NCBI GenBank assembly: GCA_964424455.1 | Contig: CAYRJA010000005.1 | Location: 3,344 to 67,343 of the forward strand | DNA from: an uncultured Bifidobacteriaceae bacterium | Lineage (GTDB): Bacteria > Bacteroidota > Bacteroidia > Chitinophagales > UBA10324 | Direction: 5' to 3' | DNA length: 64,000 bases | Part shown: positions 57,501 through 64,000 of the stretch, piece after piece | Layout: the number at the start of each line of letters is the position of its first letter | Numbering within the stretch: the first letter of the stretch is position 1 | Position numbers and translations under genes: made by a program | The notes under the pieces: generated by a model | Databases searched by the model: none | Told to the model about the DNA's origin: nothing | What the model saw: only the letters and a program-made list of their open reading frames with translations

Positions 57501-60500
57501 GTTGCCGGAACATATACTGTTACAGTAAATGATGCTAATAATTGTACTTTTGTGCAACCCTTTACCATTACTGAAAATCCTTTAATCACGCTTTCCGCGA
57601 TACCATCGTCTGCTAAATGCGGGAAAGCAAACGGAGCAATAGATTTGTCAGTTGCGGGGGGTGTCCCGCCTTATACTTATCTGTGGTCTAACAATGCAGT
57701 AACACAGGATATAACCAATGTTCCTGCTGGTAATTACTCAGTAACTGTAACAGGAGCAAGTGGTTGTACAAAGGATTTAAGTGTTTCTGTAAGCAATATA
57801 GGAAGTCCGGTACTCTCTGCAACTTCAACAGATGTAACATGCAATGGAGGTAATAATGGAAGTATAGATTTGACCATCAGTGGAGGTACTCCGCCCTATA
57901 CCTATAACTGGTCAAACGGAGGCAATACTGAAGATATAGCAAACCTTAGTGCAGATAATTACTTTGTAACAGTAACAGATAATAATGCATGTAAAGTAAC
58001 CTATAATGCAGCCATCAGTGAGCCCTCTGCCATTAGTCTGGCTACAACAATAGCCAGTGCAAAATGTGGAAATGCGAACGGCGCGGTTAATCTTATTGTT
58101 TCAGGAGGAACTCCTGCGTACACCTACCATTGGGATAATGGTGCGACAGTACAGAATTTAACAGGAATATTAGCCGGAACTTATTCCGTTACTGTTTCAG
58201 ATGCCAATGCATGTACGGCAAATGTTTATCCCAGCCCGGCAGTAAGCAATATCAACGGACCTTCTGTTACAGCAAGCGTTAGTCCTGTATTGTGTAAAGG
58301 CGATTCAAACGGTTCAGTAAATCTTACAGTAACAGATGGAACACCAGGATATACTTTTTCGTGGAGCAATGGCGATGCAGTCAGGGATTTAAATAATATA
58401 GCTGCAGGCACTTATCAGGTGACAGTTACAGATGCAAACGGATGTTCTTCTTTATCCGTTCCACCATCAATAGTGCCGGATCCTGCTATTATTGATTTTG
58501 CGGGTACTCCGGTTAATTCAACTTGTGGCAATGCTAATGGAGCAGTTAATGTTACAACTCCGACTGGTGGAACTCCGGCATATTTTTATGCATGGTCAAA
58601 TGGCACTATTACAAAGGATTTGTCTAATGTGCTTTCCGGGATATACTCTCTTACTGTCAGTGATATTAATAACTGTGTCAGCGTTAAATCCTTTACAGTT
58701 AATAATATAGCCGGACCGGATTTGAACACTATTCCATCATCGGTGCTTTGCAATGGAGGATCAACAGGATATATTAATTTGTCTGTTTCCGGCGGTACAC
58801 CTGCATTTACATATTTGTGGAGTAATGGAAGCACTCTTCAGAATGCTACAGGGTTGGGTATAGGAAATTATGGCGTATTAGTTACTGACGGTAACGGATG
58901 TATTGCCAATGCTTCTGCATCAGTTTCAGAGCCGGATGTTCTTTCGCTTTCTTCATCTGTAGTAAATACAAGTTGTTTTGGAATGAATGACGGGAGTATT
59001 GATGTAACAGTTGCAGGCGGAATTGCCCCTTATTTATATCAATGGTCAACAGGCGAAACTTCAGAGGATATTTCAGGATTATTGGCGACCGATTATTCTG
59101 TTACAGTTACGGATGCTAACGGATGTTCGGCAAAGTTAAAGAGTACTGTAACAGAACCACAGATTCTAACCGTTGATTTAACTCCGGTTGATGCTACCTG
59201 CGGCAATAATAACGGAGGTGTTTCGCTGATAGCAGGGGGAGGATCCTTTCCTTATATTTATAAATGGAGCACCGGTTCAACAACACAGAATATAAACAAT
59301 CTCTCGCCGGGTTTATTCTCTGTTACAGTAACAGATGTTAACGGGTGCGAAGTAAACGGAAATAACACAATTATAAATCTTCCCGGACCCACACTCCATC
59401 CGAGTATAACTTCTTCCACCTGCGGGTACAGTAATGGTATGGTTAATCTGAATATTACAGGTGGAGCAAGCCCATTTGCTTATAAATGGAGCAATGGACA
59501 GACGGATGTGAATATCAGCGGATTGGCGATAGGTACTTATGATGTTACAGTTACAGATATGAACAATTGTTCATCTATTGCAAGTGCTGTAGTCAATAAT
59601 ATACCGGGAGTTACATTAACCAGTTCACACGTAAATGTTTTGTGTAATAGCAGTGCAACAGGTTCAGTTGATATATCAACACCGATTGGAACTTCTCCTT
59701 TCAGTTATTCATGGAACAACGGAGCAACAACAGAAGATGTACAGGGATTACAAATAGGCGTTTATTCTGTTACGGTTACAGATGCTAATAATTGTACAGA
59801 TGTAACCTCAGCAACAATTACTGAACCCCCTGCAATAACCATTACTTACAGTCAGGTAAATATATTATGTAATGGAAGTTCTACGGGCAGTATTGATTTG
59901 AATGTGAATGGGGGAGTGCCGCCATATAATTATTCTTGGAGTAGCAGCGCTAATACTCAGGATATATCAAACCTTGCAGCAGGTGCTTATACTGTTACTG
60001 TTACAGATGCCAATAATTGTACAGCAATAATCTCTGTAACAATTTCTCAGCCGGCAATTTTATCTTTAACAACTTCAAAGGTTGATGTACTATGTAATGG
60101 AGAATCTGCCGGCAGTATAGACTTAACAGTGTCAGGAGGAGTTAGCCCTTATGTATATCAATGGATGAATGGAATGTTTGCAGAAGATATAACAAACATT
60201 CCTGCCGGAAACTATATGGTGACTGTTACAGATGCCAATAGCTGCTCTGCTGTTACTTCAGTTACTATTACAGAACCATCATCTTTAATAGTAAATGCTG
60301 TCGCGACAAATACTACTTGCGGAGCTGCTAATGGAAGCATTAATCTTAGTGTAACAGGGGGAAATTCTCCTTATGTATATAGATGGGATAATGGTTCTAC
60401 GACTCAGAATATCAGTAATCTCTCAGCAGGCAATTATGTTGTATCAGTTACAGATAACGTAAACTGCTTGTCTGTTTCCACTGCAAGCATCAGCAATACA

Positions 60501-63500
60501 GGTGGACCATCTCTTTCACATTTATCTGTTGATGTATTATGTAATGGAAATGCTACAGGAAGTATTGATTTGCAAGTCTCAGGAGGAACAAGCCCATATA
60601 CTTTTAACTGGTCAAATGGTGCTGTAACAGAAGACTTATCTAACATCTTCGCGGGTAATTATACAGTTACTGTAACAGATTTCAATAATTGTATTGCTAC
60701 TGATGCTGTTATCATCATTGAGCCGGCCGCACTTTCTTTGCTGACCAATCCGGTTAATATATTGTGTAATGGAAATGCAACAGGAAGCATTGGATTGATG
60801 GTGAACGGAGGAAGTCCGGGATTTACTTATCAATGGTCAAATTCAGCTACAACACAGAACCTTACTGGAATTTCCTCAGGAAATTATTCTGTTACTGTTA
60901 AAGACTCACATAATTGCTCAACCACCGCCTCTGTAAATATCAGTCAACCGGCTGCTCTTATTACATCTTTATCAAAAACAGATATTCTTTGTAAGGGAAT
61001 ATTGACTGGAGGCATTGATCTGACAGTAAATGGAGGTGTTAATCTATATACCTATAGCTGGAGTAACGGAAACATTACAGAGGATATATCAAACCTTTCA
61101 GCCGGCTTATACAGTGTGACTGTTACAGATGCTAATAATTGCTCTGTGGTTTCTTTAACGACCATTACTGAACCGGATATACTTTCATTGTCGAGTGTAC
61201 AGGCGGATGTTTTATGTAAAGGAGATATGACAGGCAGTATTGACTTAACCGTTTCCGGAGGAACTGCTCCTTATTCCTATAGCTGGAGTAATGGCGTTCA
61301 AACGGAAGATTTGTTAAATCTTTTTGCAAATATTTATTCTATAACAGTAACTGATTCTCATAATTGCACCGCTGATTTATCAGTGGTTATCACAGAGCCA
61401 GACACTCTTTCAGCAATAACCTCACCAGTTAATGTCTTATGCAACGGATATTCAACAGGAGCAGTCAGTTTGGCAGTAAGCGGAGGCATAATTCCTTATA
61501 CCTATACATGGTCTAACGGAGCAATGACAAAAGATATTACCGGAATTCCGGAAGGTATTTATTCAGTAACAGTTAATGATGCTAACAACTGTAAATACAA
61601 TACTTCAGCAACTGTAACGCAGCCGGCACAACTGAATATAATCGCTTCACCGATAGATGTATTATGCAATGGAAATGCTTCAGGAGGTGTAGCTTTGAGT
61701 GTAACAGGCGGAGCCCTCGGTTATCGTTACAACTGGTCAAACGGACAGGCTTCTTCAGGTATTCTAAATGTGTTGGCTGGAAATTATGCTGTAACAGTTG
61801 CAGATGCTAATAACTGCACGATAACTGCCTCTGCTGTTGTTAATGAGCCATTGGCATTAACCGCCAATTCAACCGCGACTGCAATTCTGTGCAATGGAGA
61901 CAGTTCAGTAATTACAGTTTCGGCAACAGGCGGAACTTTACCATATACAGGAACAGGTGTATATACCCGTGCATCGGGCACCTATAACTTCACTGTTACA
62001 GATGCAAACGGATGCACTGCCTCAACATCAATAACGATTGATGAGCCGTTAGCATTGACATCCAATTCAATCGCGACTGCAATTCTATGCAATGAAGACA
62101 GTTCAGTAATTACGGTTTCGGCAACAGGTGGAACTTTACCATATACAGGAACAGGTGTATATACCCGTGCATCGGGCACCTATAACTTCACTGTTACAGA
62201 TGCAAACGGATGCACTGCCTCAACATCAATAACGATTGATGAGCCATTAGCATTAACCGCCAATTCAATCGCGACTGCAATTCTATGCAATGGAGACAGT
62301 TCAGTAATTACGGTTTCGGCAACAGGCGGGACTTTACCATATACAGGAACAGGTGTATATACCCGTGCATCGGGCACTTATAACTTCACTGTTACAGATG
62401 CAAACGGATGCACTGCCTCAACATTTGTTACTGTTTTAGAACCGGCTATTCTTTCATTCTCTGCTGTAAAATCGGATATAATATGCTTTGGTGGTTCTAC
62501 TGGAGAGATTAATCTAAATGTATCTGGCGGAACAAATCCTTACAAATTCAATTGGTCAAATGGCAGCACTATTGAAAATCTGACAAATATTTCTGCGGGG
62601 AATTACTCAGTTACAATTACTGATAGTAACGGCTGTAGGGTTTATGCTAATGAAACAATAATTCAGAATCCGGATATAGTGCTTTCTACATCACATTCAG
62701 ATGCAACTTGTGGCAGTTCTAATGGAGAGGTTACTCTTAGTGTCAGTGGTGGTGTTACGCCTTATACTTTCGGTTGGAGTAATGGATCAAGTTCTCAGAA
62801 TCTTAATAATGTGAACGCAGGGAATTATCAGGTGACAGTGACAGATGGAAAAGGATGTTTTAAAACAGGAACTGAATCAGTCAGTAACAGTGGCGCCCCT
62901 GTGCTTACTCATAGTTCAGTACACGAAAATTGTAATGGAGAGCATATTGGTAGTATTTCCCTTACTGTAAATGGTGGAACTGCACCATATTCTTACAACT
63001 GGAGTAATAATGACACAACAGAGAATCTGACAAACCTTTCTGCAGGAAATTATGCTGTTACTGTAACAGATGCAAATCATTGCATAGCTACTGATAATAT
63101 TACAATAACGGAACCGGCTGATATTAATATTACATCTATTCAAATCAATAGTACCTGTGGATATGCCAACGGTGCAATAGATATAACTGTTTCCGGTGGT
63201 ACTGCGCCTTATGCCTATTACTGGAGTAATTCAGCAATAACAGAAGATATTAATAATACCTTGTCAGGAACTTATACAGTTACTATTACAGACCAGAATG
63301 GCTGCACTGCTTCAACTGCAATACAAGTGAATAATACAGATGGACCTACAGCAAGTGTTACTGTTAATAATGTTAAATGCTACGGATTGAATACCGGTTC
63401 TGTCACAGTTTCTGCTGTAGGTGGAACAGCTCCGTACAGCTATAAGTGGTCAACGGGATCCGGCTTTCCTACTATCTTTGCCCTTGCACCGGATACTTAT

Positions 63501-64000
63501 ACTGTAACAGTTACTGATAAAAACAATTGTCAGTCAGTAGTTTCGGGAACAGTTACTCAGCCGCAGCAACTGATACTAAATACAACAGGTAACCTGACTA
63601 CATGTGGCAATTCAAACGGAAGTATTAAATTGAATGTTAATGGAGGAACAGCGCCATTTACTTATTTATGGAGTAACGGTTCAACAACAGAAGACCTTAC
63701 GAATATTTCAGCAGGATTATATTTGATAACTGTCACAGACAGTAATAATTGCAAGTCAAATTCATCAGTTTCTATTTCAGATATTTCAGGTCCTGTATTG
63801 ACTTACACATTATATAATGCAACTTGCGGATATGCCAATGGAGCAATTGATTTATCGGTGACGAGCGGAGTAAGCCCCTATCAATATAATTGGAGTAATT
63901 CGGAGCTAACAAAGGATATATCCAGCCTGAGCACAGGAACTTATACTGTTACAGTTTCAGATGCAAATAATTGTACAAAGGAATTGGCTGTAGTAATCAA
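54534..64000 (+). CDS. giant SprB-repeat cell-surface protein, 5' partial (continues beyond the window)
   Basis: The frame is open from the stop at 54495-54497 to 64000; I checked codons at the start and end. No same-frame ORF fragments appear in the track, as expected if it runs off the edge. A TTG start at 54534 (or 54561) gives a signal peptide ...FLYVCVIVLMMTASLPVFAQ, whereas the in-frame ATGs at 54591/54594 would truncate it. About 30 units of 75-78 aa of type CNG..G.I.L.V.GG..PY.Y.WSNG..T.D...L.AG.Y.VTVTDANGC follow. Confidence 0.85.
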   Translation, partial: MINFFTRFYLFLYVCVIVLMMTASLPVFAQSYNMKNGQINTCGGTFYDSGGPSNKYGTNENFTLTFCSNSPGQTIKVVFTNFNTRSNAGVLTIYDGVNASGTLIGSYSGNLGSGGPTVTATSGCLTFNFKSNNSSTATGWVATISCVTVPSNDNCSGATPLPVNSICNYTTSSNLNATNSSSVPAPGCGGYSGGDVWFSFVVPSTGIAHIKTKAMTVTDGAMALYSGTCGSLSLITCNNNGVGNGLMPDIVQSGLTPGQTLYIRSWDNGNKVFGDFGICITSVNCGCPNGGIPPVNDNCSGAQNVGTLPTPAACPASGIGNAVTIDGSNICATASNPYSAQNSCNPSGNQATPAADVWYKFVMTGSKLNVSLSGGLTQPNIAIYSGSSCTNLIGRGCAIGNNSGLTTSFKALEPGTYWMQVSGGNLNDQCDFTLRISNDNDCSACVKGTSFTANPAPVNGVYQPGTTVNFCLTVNDYNQTSINWLHGIVPKFAEGWDLSTFQAISMPPSCDGHGYWSYYNSTITGYERGLVVGPGFFYESNLGEPNGVNGNGNNNCCWDSNPGNNYGDNNSSNLCDWTFCWSITTKPLNQCVQGASLNVDVYKYGDGQSGSWTSFACDGDPPNTLYAVMQCCPNPVVTPVNANCGSADGTATALGGNFGPWSYQWYNGSNNLIRTSATVNGADQITGLAYGNYYVVATNSLGCAATTSFSISQSGSLPIPYVKSDVSCNGNTDGIITINVTGGVAPYNYQWANGAATSVLSSLVQGTYAVTVSDAGTCTGSVSVVINEPAVLSVLSTQTNVLCFGNSTGSINLNASGGNVPYTYKWSNGLSTQNLSGLSSGTYTVTVTDSKGCSATGSSIITQPASPLSLAAVPVNVLCNGENTGEINIIPSGGVPNYTYSWSNGTSAKDLMNIIAGTYTVTVQDANNCSDISTNTVTQPSALSLSYSQVNVKCYGDASGNIYLTPSGGTPNYTYTWSNGAVTQDLTNVVAGTYTVTVNDANNCTFVQPFTITENPLITLSAIPSSAKCGKANGAIDLSVAGGVPPYTYLWSNNAVTQDITNVPAGNYSVTVTGASGCTKDLSVSVSNIGSPVLSATSTDVTCNGGNNGSIDLTISGGTPPYTYNWSNGGNTEDIANLSADNYFVTVTDNNACKVTYNAAISEPSAISLATTIASAKCGNANGAVNLIVSGGTPAYTYHWDNGATVQNLTGILAGTYSVTVSDANACTANVYPSPAVSNINGPSVTASVSPVLCKGDSNGSVNLTVTDGTPGYTFSWSNGDAVRDLNNIAAGTYQVTVTDANGCSSLSVPPSIVPDPAIIDFAGTPVNSTCGNANGAVNVTTPTGGTPAYFYAWSNGTITKDLSNVLSGIYSLTVSDINNCVSVKSFTVNNIAGPDLNTIPSSVLCNGGSTGYINLSVSGGTPAFTYLWSNGSTLQNATGLGIGNYGVLVTDGNGCIANASASVSEPDVLSLSSSVVNTSCFGMNDGSIDVTVAGGIAPYLYQWSTGETSEDISGLLATDYSVTVTDANGCSAKLKSTVTEPQILTVDLTPVDATCGNNNGGVSLIAGGGSFPYIYKWSTGSTTQNINNLSPGLFSVTVTDVNGCEVNGNNTIINLPGPTLHPSITSSTCGYSNGMVNLNITGGASPFAYKWSNGQTDVNISGLAIGTYDVTVTDMNNCSSIASAVVNNIPGVTLTSSHVNVLCNSSATGSVDISTPIGTSPFSYSWNNGATTEDVQGLQIGVYSVTVTDANNCTDVTSATITEPPAITITYSQVNILCNGSSTGSIDLNVNGGVPPYNYSWSSSANTQDISNLAAGAYTVTVTDANNCTAIISVTISQPAILSLTTSKVDVLCNGESAGSIDLTVSGGVSPYVYQWMNGMFAEDITNIPAGNYMVTVTDANSCSAVTSVTITEPSSLIVNAVATNTTCGAANGSINLSVTGGNSPYVYRWDNGSTTQNISNLSAGNYVVSVTDNVNCLSVSTASISNTGGPSLSHLSVDVLCNGNATGSIDLQVSGGTSPYTFNWSNGAVTEDLSNIFAGNYTVTVTDFNNCIATDAVIIIEPAALSLLTNPVNILCNGNATGSIGLMVNGGSPGFTYQWSNSATTQNLTGISSGNYSVTVKDSHNCSTTASVNISQPAALITSLSKTDILCKGILTGGIDLTVNGGVNLYTYSWSNGNITEDISNLSAGLYSVTVTDANNCSVVSLTTITEPDILSLSSVQADVLCKGDMTGSIDLTVSGGTAPYSYSWSNGVQTEDLLNLFANIYSITVTDSHNCTADLSVVITEPDTLSAITSPVNVLCNGYSTGAVSLAVSGGIIPYTYTWSNGAMTKDITGIPEGIYSVTVNDANNCKYNTSATVTQPAQLNIIASPIDVLCNGNASGGVALSVTGGALGYRYNWSNGQASSGILNVLAGNYAVTVADANNCTITASAVVNEPLALTANSTATAILCNGDSSVITVSATGGTLPYTGTGVYTRASGTYNFTVTDANGCTASTSITIDEPLALTSNSIATAILCNEDSSVITVSATGGTLPYTGTGVYTRASGTYNFTVTDANGCTASTSITIDEPLALTANSIATAILCNGDSSVITVSATGGTLPYTGTGVYTRASGTYNFTVTDANGCTASTFVTVLEPAILSFSAVKSDIICFGGSTGEINLNVSGGTNPYKFNWSNGSTIENLTNISAGNYSVTITDSNGCRVYANETIIQNPDIVLSTSHSDATCGSSNGEVTLSVSGGVTPYTFGWSNGSSSQNLNNVNAGNYQVTVTDGKGCFKTGTESVSNSGAPVLTHSSVHENCNGEHIGSISLTVNGGTAPYSYNWSNNDTTENLTNLSAGNYAVTVTDANHCIATDNITITEPADINITSIQINSTCGYANGAIDITVSGGTAPYAYYWSNSAITEDINNTLSGTYTVTITDQNGCTASTAIQVNNTDGPTASVTVNNVKCYGLNTGSVTVSAVGGTAPYSYKWSTGSGFPTIFALAPDTYTVTVTDKNNCQSVVSGTVTQPQQLILNTTGNLTTCGNSNGSIKLNVNGGTAPFTYLWSNGSTTEDLTNISAGLYLITVTDSNNCKSNSSVSISDISGPVLTYTLYNATCGYANGAIDLSVTSGVSPYQYNWSNSELTKDISSLSTGTYTVTVSDANNCTKELAVVI
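61845..62424 (+). repeat. about 2.9 tandem copies of a near-identical 198-bp (66-aa) unit inside the giant ORF
   Basis: Units 61982-62179 and 62180-62377 differ at only about 8 positions by eye. A third copy lies upstream from about 61845 and a 47-nt partial copy downstream. The same triplication is visible as three near-identical antisense ORFs in the track. Confidence 0.9.

Noticed and set aside
54851-60833. Minus-strand and off-frame ORFs listed in the track at 54851-55036, 55037-55426, 55189-55383, 55537-55728, 56821-57138, 58226-58411, 58492-58710, 58586-58834, 60434-60646 and 60636-60833.
   Set aside because: All lie inside the continuous giant plus-strand ORF and have no motifs of their own. 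They are typical shadow ORFs of a long repetitive gene.
61784-62377. Three consecutive near-identical 65-aa minus-strand ORFs (MPDARVYTPVPVYGKVPPVAETVITEL...) that look like a triplicated small gene.
   Set aside because: They are antisense shadows of the 198-bp in-frame tandem repeat within the giant plus-strand ORF. The plus-strand frame is continuous and has clear SprB-type protein periodicity.
56450-64000. Regular repetition of about 225-235 bp that could be mistaken for a satellite or CRISPR-like array.
   Set aside because: The period is a multiple of 3, the repeats are diverged at the DNA level but conserved at the protein level (CNG...PY.Y.WSNG...VTVTDANGC), and there is no short-repeat/unique-spacer structure. 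These are coding SprB repeats.
1-64000. A search by eye for tRNA, rRNA, tmRNA, RNase P RNA, CRISPR repeats, integrase or transposase genes, and reverse transcriptases.
   Set aside because: I recognised none. The GGAAAG-containing motifs near 5985-6118 do not match the RNase P conserved GGAAAGTCCGGGC core. A proper tRNAscan or Infernal run is still needed, because a manual scan can miss RNAs.

Overview
This window reads as a Bacteroidota chromosome segment. The evidence is type IX secretion (T9SS) C-terminal sorting domains, a MoxR/BatA-E aerotolerance operon, SprB-type repeats and TAnnTTTG -7 promoter boxes. There are five blocks. (1) 1-7.2 kb is an accessory, virus-like module: nine tightly packed small single-helix membrane-protein genes, a beta-rich 212-aa protein, a minimal 109-aa SET-domain protein with a small HTH protein, a 211-aa P-loop ATPase, a non-coding stretch with a perfect 25-bp inverted repeat plus iteron-like motifs, and an RNase H-fold exonuclease pair. 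(2) 7.6-30.4 kb is mostly ordinary. It holds an ELWxxDGT-repeat T9SS protein, a 177-bp MITE-like element with an 8-bp target duplication, moxR-DUF58-batABCDE, a TonB-dependent copper-handling cluster, housekeeping genes, and an ECF sigma/anti-sigma pair. (3) 30.5-47.6 kb is one long minus-strand operon for anaerobic benzoyl-CoA metabolism. It has class I ATP-dependent benzoyl-CoA reductase genes in bcrCBAD order, Dch/Had/Oah-like ring-processing genes, beta-oxidation genes and a CoA ligase. It also carries an orphan dehydratase-family subunit next to an unusual ketopantoate-reductase::activase fusion. (4) 47.8-54.3 kb is a divergent plus-strand operon: MocA, XdhC, hemerythrin, an SDR, a fused 2Fe-2S/molybdopterin subunit, and an FAD subunit with a Cys-rich insertion, together resembling 4-hydroxybenzoyl-CoA reductase. 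(5) 54.5-64.0 kb is the 5' part of a giant SprB-repeat surface protein that runs off the window and contains a recent near-identical 198-bp tandem triplication. I saw no rRNA, tRNA or CRISPR array. All functional calls come from motifs read in the supplied translations and from recalled family knowledge. No searches or computations were run, and GC remarks are by eye only.
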